Shown here piece after piece: positions 1 through 7,352 of a DNA stretch of 25,795 nucleotides (positions are counted from its first letter, which is position 1; each line of letters starts with the position of its first letter). The stretch covers positions 1 to 25,795 of the forward strand of contig JAITMU010000015.1 in assembly GCA_031277195.1 (NCBI GenBank). The letters are read 5' to 3'. Source of the stretch: Gallionellaceae bacterium. GTDB lineage: Bacteria > Pseudomonadota > Gammaproteobacteria > Burkholderiales > Gallionellaceae. A program made the position numbers and the translations under genes. The notes beneath the pieces were generated by a model. It did not search any database. It saw only the letters and a list, made by a program, of their open reading frames with translations, and was not told where the DNA came from.

Positions 1-468
1 CTCAACGAAGTGTTCGTGCCGCTGCTGCAAAAACAGTTTCCCGAAATCGCGGATTTTTATTTGCCGCCGGAAGGATGCAGCTATCGCATGGCGGTGGTTA
101 GCATCAAAAAACAATACGCCGGACACGCCAAGCGCGTGATGTTCGGCATCTGGAGTTTTCTGCGCCAGTTCATGTACACCAAGTTCATCGTCGTGGTGGA
201 TGACGATGTTGATGTGCGCGATTGGAAGGAAGTCATCTGGGCAATCACCACGCGCGTGGATCCGGTGCGCGACACGCTGCTGGTGGAAAACACGCCGATC
301 GACTATCTCGATTTCGCCAGCCCCGTCTCCGGCCTCGGCGGCAAAATGGGGCTGGATGCCACCAACAAATGGCCGGGCGAAACGCAACGCGAATGGGGAA
401 GGACGATTGCGATGTCTGCTGAGGTGAAGGCGAAGGTTGACGCCATGTGGGGGGAGTTGGGATTGTAA
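1..468 (+). CDS. ubiD: UbiD family decarboxylase (4-hydroxy-3-polyprenylbenzoate decarboxylase), 3' fragment cut by the window start
   Basis: Frame open from base 1. C-terminal UbiD motifs [48 protein letters not shown]. Confidence 0.92.
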   Translation, partial: LNEVFVPLLQKQFPEIADFYLPPEGCSYRMAVVSIKKQYAGHAKRVMFGIWSFLRQFMYTKFIVVVDDDVDVRDWKEVIWAITTRVDPVRDTLLVENTPIDYLDFASPVSGLGGKMGLDATNKWPGETQREWGRTIAMSAEVKAKVDAMWGELGL

Positions 469-494
469 AACTCATCCGCCGTACCCGCCTTTAC

Positions 495-591
495 TCCCTC
501 TCCCTCCGGGAGAGGGCGGGGGTGAGGGAACCCGCGCTGATGTATGCGCTGACCGCTCCCTCACCCTAACCCTCTCCCAGAGGGAGAGGGA
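495..591. repeat. Inverted pair of CCCTCTCCC-type REP-like palindromes (family A, copy 1)
   Basis: TCCCTCTCCC-tcc-GGGAGAGGG-cgggggtgaggga (495-529) faces tccctcaccctaa-CCCTCTCCC-aga-GGGAGAGGGA (557-591). Confidence 0.85.
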
Positions 592-655
592 ATAGCTCGC
601 TGTCATTCCCTCGCAAGACAAAAACGACCAATTTTTCAACACAAGGAAAACACGC

Positions 656-1351
656 ATGACCATCAAAGCCATCATTTTCGACGTGGACGGCACGCTTGCC
701 GATACCGAGGACGCGCACCGCATTGCTTTCAACAAGGCGTTCGCCGACAACAACCTCGACTGGAACTGGGATGTCGATCTGTACGACAAGCTGCTCAAAG
801 TCACCGGTGGCAAGGAGCGCATCAAGCATTTCGTCGAAAGCTACCGCCCCGATTTCGTCAAACCCGCCGACTACGACGGCTTCGTCAAACATCTACACCT
901 GACCAAAACCGGCTACTACACCGCCATGCTCGCCGACGGCCTCATCCCGCTGCGCCCCGGCATCAAGCAGTTGATCGACGACGCGGGCGCCGCCGGTTTG
1001 CAACTCGCCATCGCCACCACCACCTCGCCGGAAAATGTCTCCGCGCTGCTTGAAATCGGCCTGGGCAAAGACTGGAACAGCCGCTTCGCCAGCGTCGGTT
1101 GCGGCGACATCGTGCCGCACAAAAAACCCGCGCCGGATATTTACGATTGGGTGCTGAACGACCTCGGTCTCGCCGCCGCCGATTGCATCGCGCTGGAGGA
1201 TTCCAACAACGGCCTGCGCTCCAGCCTGGCGGCGGGCATCCGCACTTACATCACCGTCAACCCCTACACGCGCAATCAGGATTTCACCGGCGCTGCCGCC
1301 GTGTTTGAGGATTTGGAAAATGTCACGCTGGCACAACTCTTGGACGAATGA
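656..1351 (+). CDS. cbbY: HAD-IA hydrolase, CbbY family (xylulose-1,5-bisphosphate phosphatase-like)
   Basis: HAD motif I FDVDGTLAD, HRIAFN, VTGGKERI cap motif typical of CbbY, KKPAPDIY, EDS. AAGGA SD upstream. Confidence 0.8.
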   Translation: MTIKAIIFDVDGTLADTEDAHRIAFNKAFADNNLDWNWDVDLYDKLLKVTGGKERIKHFVESYRPDFVKPADYDGFVKHLHLTKTGYYTAMLADGLIPLRPGIKQLIDDAGAAGLQLAIATTTSPENVSALLEIGLGKDWNSRFASVGCGDIVPHKKPAPDIYDWVLNDLGLAAADCIALEDSNNGLRSSLAAGIRTYITVNPYTRNQDFTGAAAVFEDLENVTLAQLLDE

Positions 1352-1352
1352 C

Positions 1353-1417
1353 CGTAGGCTGGGATGAAATCCCAGCATTTTTCACCGCCCAAAGCTGGGA
1401 TTTCATCCCAGCCTACG
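1353..1417. repeat. GTAG-type REP doublet (REPIN-like), class 1
   Basis: Perfect 24-bp inverted repeat CGTAGGCTGGGATGAAATCCCAGC (1353-1376 and 1394-1417) with a 17-bp spacer. Each arm is itself a hairpin. Confidence 0.9.
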
Positions 1418-1477
1418 AATTTTCGAGGGGGTGAAGTTGGGACGGCTCTTGAGTTGTAGTAGGATACGTTTCCCGTG

Positions 1478-1553
1478 GGGGGTGTAGCTCAGTTGGGAGA
1501 GCGTCTGGTTCGCAATCAGAAGGTCGTCAGTTCGATCCTGATCACCTCCACCA
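1478..1553 (+). tRNA. tRNA-Ala(CGC)
   Basis: 76-nt cloverleaf: acceptor GGGGGTG/CACCTCC with the G3:U70 alanine determinant, anticodon loop TT-CGC-AA (CGC at 1511-1513), T loop TTCGATC, encoded CCA. Confidence 0.97.
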
Positions 1554-1558
1554 CTCAA

Positions 1559-1584
1559 AAAAGGCCAACACCCGTTGGCCTTTT
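1559..1584. terminator. Probable bidirectional intrinsic terminator between the tRNA and the sensor kinase
   Basis: AAAAGGCCAAC-accc-GTTGGCCTTTT hairpin with A/T tracts on both sides, between convergent genes. Confidence 0.8.
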
Positions 1585-1587
1585 GCT

Positions 1588-2949
1588 TTATCGCGCGGGG
1601 AAGCGCACCGTTACGCTCAAACCGCCTTGCGTCGCCCGACTGAAGGTGACGTTCGCTCGGTGGATTTCTGCGATGCGTTGCACGATCGACAACCCCAGGC
1701 CGACGCCATCGGCTGCGCCGGGATCGAGGCGGTGGAAGCGTTGCCCGAGTCGCGCGATCCATTCGTCCGGCACGCCCGCGCCGCTGTCTGAAACGTCCAG
1801 TTCGGTTTGTCCCGCTACGGTTCGCAGCGTCACTTCCACGCGACCGCCTTGCGGGGTGTAGCGAATGGCGTTGTCCAGCAGGTTGCGCAACAGGATGTGC
1901 AGCATGTCAGCGAAGCCTCGCAACGTAACATTGGTTTGCGCATCCAGGCCGATCTCGATATTTCTGGCGACGGCGGCAACACCCAGTTCCGCGCAAACGT
2001 CCTGTGCGAGCGCATTCAGATTCAAGTCTTCCATCGCCAGCGTGGCGGAAGCGTTATCCAGTCTGGACAATGTGAGCAACTGGCCGACCAGATGCCCCAT
2101 CCGTTCCGCGCCCTGCACGGCTTTGTTCAAACTCTCGTTGCGCTCGCCCGCGTTGTCGGCGAGTTGCGCTGCTTGTATCTGCGCTTGCAATGCGGCGAGC
2201 GGCGTGCGCAGTTCATGCGATGCGTCGGCGGTGAAACGTCGCTCGTTTTCCATTGCCTTGTCGATGCGCTGCAACAAATCGTTCAGCGCTTTGACGACGG
2301 GCGTGATTTCCTTTGGTTCGTCGTTCAGCGAAACCGGACTGAGCCGTTCCGGCGCAAGGCCGCGCAGCACGTTGGCAAGCTGACGCAGCGGACGCAAGCC
2401 GAAGCGTATCGCCAGCAGCAAAAACGCCATCAGAACCGGCACGCCGCACAGCAACGGGAAAATGCTGCGCCAGGCCACTTCCTGCGCCATTTCTTCCAGC
2501 ACGCTGCTGTCCTGGCCGACCAGCACATCCAGGCCGTGTTCCTCATCGCGCTGGCGGTAATAGCGCCAGCTCTCTCCGCGCCAGGTGCCCGCGCTGAATC
2601 CTTCTGCAGGCATCTTCGCATCGGCCATGCCCTCCGCGCCTTCGGAATGCAACAACAAACGAGGCTGCCCGTTGCCCGTGCGCCACACCTGAAATGCGAG
2701 CATCCATTGGTGATGATGACGATAGATGTAATCCGGCGCTTGTCCGTCTGGGCGCTCGCCGCGGTCGATTTGCGCGGCGATGGAAAGCAAGCCTTGGGCA
2801 AAATGCGTAAGCTGCGCATCGAAAATTTCTTCGGTCTCGTGCTCGGCGCTTTTGAGAATCGCATAGCCGGTCGCCAGACTGAACAGCGACACGATGGCAA
2901 GCGCCAGCAAGATGAGGCGCATTTGCAAAGAGGTCTGGCGGAAATTCAC
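1588..2949 (-). CDS. Two-component sensor histidine kinase, QseC/PmrB-like
   Basis: Two TM segments, EEIFDAQL periplasmic motif, H-box FTADASHELRTPL, N-box NLLDNAIRY, G1 DSGAG, G2 GVGLGLSIV. GTG start overlaps the regulator stop (GTGA). Confidence 0.93.
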   Translation of the reverse strand: MNFRQTSLQMRLILLALAIVSLFSLATGYAILKSAEHETEEIFDAQLTHFAQGLLSIAAQIDRGERPDGQAPDYIYRHHHQWMLAFQVWRTGNGQPRLLLHSEGAEGMADAKMPAEGFSAGTWRGESWRYYRQRDEEHGLDVLVGQDSSVLEEMAQEVAWRSIFPLLCGVPVLMAFLLLAIRFGLRPLRQLANVLRGLAPERLSPVSLNDEPKEITPVVKALNDLLQRIDKAMENERRFTADASHELRTPLAALQAQIQAAQLADNAGERNESLNKAVQGAERMGHLVGQLLTLSRLDNASATLAMEDLNLNALAQDVCAELGVAAVARNIEIGLDAQTNVTLRGFADMLHILLRNLLDNAIRYTPQGGRVEVTLRTVAGQTELDVSDSGAGVPDEWIARLGQRFHRLDPGAADGVGLGLSIVQRIAEIHRANVTFSRATQGGLSVTVRFPAR

Positions 2950-3611
2950 TCCTTTGCTCCCACGATGTAGCCGATGCCGCGCAGGGTGCGGATGAAGTCG
3001 CTGCCGACTTTGCGCCGCAGGTGGTGAATAAACACTTCGACCGTGTTGCTGTCCGCGCCGTCGCTCCAGCCGTAGAGACCCTGCTCAAGCTGGGATCGGG
3101 TCAACACGCGACCGGCGTTTTGCATCAGCATTTCGAGCACGGCAAATTCCTTTGCGGAAAGTTGAACGATGCGATCATCGCACCAGGCCTGTTTGGATGA
3201 GGGATCAATCCGCACCGCGCCAATCTGGATATGCGGGATGGCGCGACCAGCGGAGCGGCGGATCAGCGCATGCAGGCGGGCAGCGAGTTCTTCCATGTCC
3301 ACGGGCTTGACAACATAGTCATCCGCGCCCGCATAGAATCCCTTCAGCTTGTCAGTTTTGGTGTCGCGCGCCGTCAGCACCAGCACCGGCGTCTGCGTGC
3401 CTTTGTTCCGCACCGATTGCAGCAGCGCCAAACCATCCTGCATCGGCAAACCGAGATCCAGCACCACGGCGGCATATTCTTCGCCGCTGGTCAGCGCGTT
3501 CTCGCCCTGCCTGCCGTCACGCATCCAGTCAACGACGAAGCCCAAATGACCCAGACTTTTCCGGATGCCGTCGCCCAACAAGGCGTCATCTTCCACCAGC
3601 AAGATTCTCAC
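2946..3611 (-). CDS. OmpR-family response regulator, QseB/PmrA-like
   Basis: RILLVEDD, phosphoacceptor LDLGLP, LTARD, GADDYVVKP, winged-helix VEVFIHHLRRK...IRTLRGIGY. GTG start. Confidence 0.95.
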   Translation of the reverse strand: MRILLVEDDALLGDGIRKSLGHLGFVVDWMRDGRQGENALTSGEEYAAVVLDLGLPMQDGLALLQSVRNKGTQTPVLVLTARDTKTDKLKGFYAGADDYVVKPVDMEELAARLHALIRRSAGRAIPHIQIGAVRIDPSSKQAWCDDRIVQLSAKEFAVLEMLMQNAGRVLTRSQLEQGLYGWSDGADSNTVEVFIHHLRRKVGSDFIRTLRGIGYIVGAKE

Positions 3612-3656
3612 GTGTCACTCCCATACATTTGATGCCCGCCATTAGGCGCTCGCTGC

Positions 3657-3673
3657 ATTAAGAGTTACTTAAT
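3657..3673. promoter_or_regulatory. Candidate PmrA/QseB-type operator
   Basis: ATTAAG-N5-CTTAAT, one mismatch to the PmrA box YTTAAK-N5-YTTAAK, between the divergent regulator and heme operon. Confidence 0.55.
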
Positions 3674-3725
3674 CCTTGCTCACCACAATGCAACCGTCTC
3701 GTTCATTGATGAAAGAAATTTAATC

Positions 3726-4148
3726 ATGGCCTATACGACCGCAACAAAAATCTGTCTGATTGCATTGATTCTTTCGGCAATGCCTGCCGCTTTCGCTGAC
3801 ACGCCATCCAGTTTGGCGGCAGGATATGCGGCAGATGCCGCAAAGGCAAGCCCGGATTTCACTCCGTCTGCGCAGCGCGGTCAGACGCTGTTCACAAAGA
3901 GCTGGGGCGTGTCCCAAAAAATGCCGGGCTGCACCGCCTGCCACGGCAACGATCCGAAAGTCGGCGGCAAGCATGTCGTTACCGGAAAACGTATTGATCC
4001 GCTCGCGCCCTCGACAAATCCTGAGCGATTCACCAGCCTGAAAAAAGTCGAAAAATGGTTCAAGCGCAACTGCACCGAAGTTATCGGACGCGAGTGCAGC
4101 GCCGCCGAAAAAGCAGATGTTATCCAGTTCATCTCGCAAGGGAGCTGA
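3726..4148 (+). CDS. DUF1924 / SHP-like (sphaeroides heme protein) monoheme c-type cytochrome
   Basis: Signal peptide ending AFA, CTACH heme motif, HVVTGKRIDPLAP, KKVEKWFKRNC...GREC family signature. Confidence 0.85.
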   Translation: MAYTTATKICLIALILSAMPAAFADTPSSLAAGYAADAAKASPDFTPSAQRGQTLFTKSWGVSQKMPGCTACHGNDPKVGGKHVVTGKRIDPLAPSTNPERFTSLKKVEKWFKRNCTEVIGRECSAAEKADVIQFISQGS

Positions 4149-4150
4149 CC

Positions 4151-4630
4151 ATGAAACCTGCTTCATTTGCCGGGGTGATTCTGCTCCTGATGAGTTGCAG
4201 CGCCTTGTCCGACACGCTGCCCGTGCCGACCAACGCGCTGTACCCGGAGGAGTGCGGCGGCTGCCATGTGGCGTATCCGCCCAAGCTGCTGACCGGCGAC
4301 AACTGGCAACAAATCATGAACGGGCTGGATCGGCACTTCGGCTCAGATGCGTCAATCGACGCACAAAGCAAACAGGAAATTACCGCGTTCCTGCTGCGCC
4401 ATGCCAGCAGTGATCCGCGACACCGCGCGACAAGTTTGCGTATCCACGACACGCCCTGGTTCATCAAAAAACACCATCGGCTGAAACCGAGAGCCTATAC
4501 CAATGCCTCCGTAAAAAGCCCGGCAAACTGCACTGCCTGCCACGCGCAGGCGGAACAGGGCGTCTGGCATTCGCCGCCCCATTCACGCATGCGCACCTTC
4601 ATGGATTATTTCACCAATGATGACGACTGA
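4151..4630 (+). CDS. Diheme cytochrome c (DHC family)
   Basis: Signal peptide, EECGGCH and NCTACH motifs, HFGSDAS and PWFIKKHH segments. ATG at 4151 follows the SHP stop. Confidence 0.87.
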   Translation: MKPASFAGVILLLMSCSALSDTLPVPTNALYPEECGGCHVAYPPKLLTGDNWQQIMNGLDRHFGSDASIDAQSKQEITAFLLRHASSDPRHRATSLRIHDTPWFIKKHHRLKPRAYTNASVKSPANCTACHAQAEQGVWHSPPHSRMRTFMDYFTNDDD

Positions 4631-5252
4631 AACGCACCTCATGAAACCGGTGCGCGTGTGGGATCTGCCCACGCGCGTTGGACACTGGCTGCTGGCTTGC
4701 ACATTTTTCCTGTCGTATCTGACCGGAGATAGCGAGGAATGGCGATTGGTGCACGCGATCGCCGGATTCGCGCTGGCGGGCATTCTGGTATTCCGCGCGT
4801 ACTGGGGATTTGCCGGCACGCGCTACGCGCGTTTCCGTTCATTTCTGTTCGCGCCGCGCATCGCGCTCGCTTATCTGCGCGGTCTGTTGAAACACAATTC
4901 TGCGCGCTGGATCGGACACAATCCTGTCGGCAGCTATGCGATTCATGCCTTGTTGCTGCTGGGCGTTGTCGTTGCCGCAAGCGGCATCGCCATCTGGTTT
5001 AACTTTGACGACGATTGGGTGGAAGAAATTCACGAACTGTCATCCAGCGTCATGCTGGCTGTCGTCGGCATGCATGTGGTCGGCGTAATCGTGAGCAGCG
5101 TGCTGCACCGCGAGAACCTGATCCGCAGCATGATCAACGGACGCAAAGCTGGCTTGCCTGGCGACGGGATTGATTCCAATCGCGCTTATGGATTGCTTTT
5201 GTTGTTTGCGGCAATGGTTGGCGGTGTTGCGCTTGCGTTCCTGCCTGCTTGA
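4617..5252 (+). CDS. Membrane cytochrome b (b561/hydrogenase-type family); alternative start 4641
   Basis: RVWDLPTRVGHW, conserved His in four TM helices, GHNPVG, HRENLIRSMING. Confidence 0.88.
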   Translation: MMTTETHLMKPVRVWDLPTRVGHWLLACTFFLSYLTGDSEEWRLVHAIAGFALAGILVFRAYWGFAGTRYARFRSFLFAPRIALAYLRGLLKHNSARWIGHNPVGSYAIHALLLLGVVVAASGIAIWFNFDDDWVEEIHELSSSVMLAVVGMHVVGVIVSSVLHRENLIRSMINGRKAGLPGDGIDSNRAYGLLLLFAAMVGGVALAFLPA

Positions 5253-5279
5253 GCGACGCTGCCAAAGCCGGTTTGGTGG

Positions 5280-5795
5280 CTATCGGATATTGCCAAGCTC
5301 GGTTCTCAGCGCATCGCGATTTTTTTCGTGCAGCTTTAACTCGTCGCGCAATGCGGTGGTGTCCTGACCTTTGGCTTGCGCTTGTTCCAGATTGAAGCGC
5401 GTTTCACTCAACAATCTTTCTTCGTGCGCCAATTCGTTTTCCAGTATTTGCCGCCGCATGTTGTCGCGGTTTTTCTGCGTGCCGTTGTCCACCTTCGGGA
5501 AGTTGGGCGGGCTGATTTTTTCAGGCGCGCGGGGCGATGAAGGTGACGGCGGCAAATGGAGTTTTGTCGCGCCGCGGATGGGGGCGCTGGAGTAGGTGGT
5601 GTGACCGTTGGGGTCGGTGTATTTGTAGATGTCGGCTTGGGCGGGAGTTAGCCACGCGAAAAAAGTTAGTAGGGATGCGAGGGACACCCATCCCCACCCG
5701 AACCCTCCCCTTGAAGGGGAGGGGAGTCCCGCGCTTCGTTTTTCCATTCCCTCCCCTTCAAGGGGAGGGTTAGGGTGGGGATGGGTTTCTTTCAA
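5280..5795 (-). CDS. Exported DUF4124-domain protein. Start uncertain (TTG 5795, ATG 5747 or GTG 5687); N-terminus overlaps a palindromic repeat
   Basis: PAQA/DIYKYTDPNGHTTYSSAP is the DUF4124 signature, followed by a coiled-coil C-terminus. TTG 5795 has GGGGAG 8 nt upstream. Confidence 0.75.
   Translation of the reverse strand: MKETHPHPNPPLEGEGMEKRSAGLPSPSRGGFGWGWVSLASLLTFFAWLTPAQADIYKYTDPNGHTTYSSAPIRGATKLHLPPSPSSPRAPEKISPPNFPKVDNGTQKNRDNMRRQILENELAHEERLLSETRFNLEQAQAKGQDTTALRDELKLHEKNRDALRTELGNIR
5686..5786. repeat. 101-bp near-perfect palindrome of family A REP-like units (copy 2, tails outward)
   Basis: 38-bp arms 5686-5723 and 5749-5786 match at 37/38, with a 25-bp spacer. Each arm contains the CCCTCCCC-ttgaa-GGGGAGGG hairpin. 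Confidence 0.92.
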
Positions 5796-5817
5796 CCCCG
5801 ACACTCCCCGCTCCACA

Positions 5818-7233
5818 TCACAAGCTGTAGTACATGTCATATTCAACCGGATGCGTCGTCATGCGGAAGCGGGTGACTTCTTCCATCTTCAGCTCGATGT
5901 ACGCATCTATCATTTCGTTGCTGAATACGCCGCCGCGCGTCAAAAATTCGCGATCCTTGTCCAGATATTCCAGCGCCTGTTCCAGACTGGAGCAAACAGT
6001 CGGAATGTTCGCATCTTCTTCCGGCGGCAGGTCGTACAAATTTTTATCCGCGGGATCGCCGGGATGTATTTTGTTTTGCACGCCGTCCAGCCCCGCCATC
6101 ATCAGCGCCGCAAACGTCAGATAAGGATTCGCTGTCGGGTCAGGAAAGCGCACTTCGATGCGGCGCGCTTTGTCGGATTGCACATACGGCACGCGAATCG
6201 AGGCCGAGCGGTTGCTTGCGGAATATGCCAGCTTCACCGGCGCTTCAAATCCTGGCACCAGGCGCTTGTAAGAGTTGGTACCCGGATTGGTGATCGCATT
6301 CAGCGCGCGCGCGTGCTTGATGATGCCGCCGATGTAATACAGCGCGAACTCGGACAGACCGGCGTAGCCGTTGCCCGCAAACAGATTCTTGCCGTTCTTC
6401 CAGATGGATTGATGCACATGCATGCCGGAGCCATTGTCGCCGACGATGGGTTTGGGCATGAAGGTCGCCGTTTTGCCGTATTGATGCGCGACGTTGTGCA
6501 CCACGTATTTCAGAATCTGCGTCCAGTCGGCGCGCTTCACCAGCGTGCTGAAACGGGTGCCGATTTCGCATTGGCCTGCGGTCGCCGCTTCGTGGTGATG
6601 CACTTCGACCGGCACGCCCGCATCTTCCAGCGCCAGACACATGGCGGCGCGGATGTCGTTCAGGCTGTCCACCGGCGGCACCGGAAAATAGCCGCCCTTG
6701 ACCGTCGGACGGTGGCCGGTGTTGCCGCCTTCAAATTTTTCGCCGGACGACCAGGCCGCTTCTTCGGAATGAATCTTGCAGAAGCTGCCGGACATGTTCA
6801 CTTCCCAGGTCACCGAATCGAAAATGAAGAATTCCGGTTCCGGGCCGAAGTAGGCGACATCGCCCAGGCCGGAAGACTTGAGATAGGCTTCGGCGCGGCG
6901 GGCGAGGGATCGCGGGTCGCGGTTGTAGCCCTTGCCGTCTGACGGCTCGATCACGTCGCAGGAAAGCACCAGCGTGTTTTCTTCCATGAACGGATCAAGG
7001 TAGGCGGAATCGGGATCCGGCATCAGCAGCATGTCGGAGGCTTGCACACCTTTCCAGCCCGCAATCGACGAACCATCGAACGCAAGACCTTGCTCGAACT
7101 GCTCGTCGCTGAACATGCTGATCGGTATGCCGACGTGCTGTTCCTTGCCGCGCGTGTCGGTAAAGCGGAAATCCACAAATTTGACTTCGTTTTCCTTTAC
7201 CAGCTTCAGCACGTCGGCCGCTGTCTTGGACAT
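5818..7233 (-). CDS. glnA: Glutamine synthetase type I (GSI-beta)
   Basis: [44 protein letters not shown], adenylylation loop NLYDLPPEE. Confidence 0.99.
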   Translation of the reverse strand: MSKTAADVLKLVKENEVKFVDFRFTDTRGKEQHVGIPISMFSDEQFEQGLAFDGSSIAGWKGVQASDMLLMPDPDSAYLDPFMEENTLVLSCDVIEPSDGKGYNRDPRSLARRAEAYLKSSGLGDVAYFGPEPEFFIFDSVTWEVNMSGSFCKIHSEEAAWSSGEKFEGGNTGHRPTVKGGYFPVPPVDSLNDIRAAMCLALEDAGVPVEVHHHEAATAGQCEIGTRFSTLVKRADWTQILKYVVHNVAHQYGKTATFMPKPIVGDNGSGMHVHQSIWKNGKNLFAGNGYAGLSEFALYYIGGIIKHARALNAITNPGTNSYKRLVPGFEAPVKLAYSASNRSASIRVPYVQSDKARRIEVRFPDPTANPYLTFAALMMAGLDGVQNKIHPGDPADKNLYDLPPEEDANIPTVCSSLEQALEYLDKDREFLTRGGVFSNEMIDAYIELKMEEVTRFRMTTHPVEYDMYYSL

Positions 7234-7352
7234 GACTTTCTTTCCTTGCGTTGAATTAAAGAGGGGAATGGTGAGGGATTTGCAACCCGCGCCAAAGTGC
7301 GAATTTTGCCATATTTACGCGGAAATAGAGAGGAAAACCGCGTGTCCGGCGC

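Noticed and set aside
472-892. ORFs 472-825 and 566-892 (minus), and 11711-11899 (plus), with PSPxxGEG-like peptides
   Set aside because: They arise from reading through family A repeats and antisense of real genes. Unlike the DUF4124 case, no real domain follows.
5629-6942. 437-aa ORF antisense to glnA; similar long antisense ORFs at 1807-2970, 12005-12853, 15711-16385, 17914-18756, 19418-20776, 21281-22201, 21757-22692
   Set aside because: All are shadows of well-supported genes on the other strand, with no domain signatures.
7282-7312. Sigma54 promoter for glnA
   Set aside because: Both GG..GC candidates have 8 nt instead of the strict 10 nt spacing.
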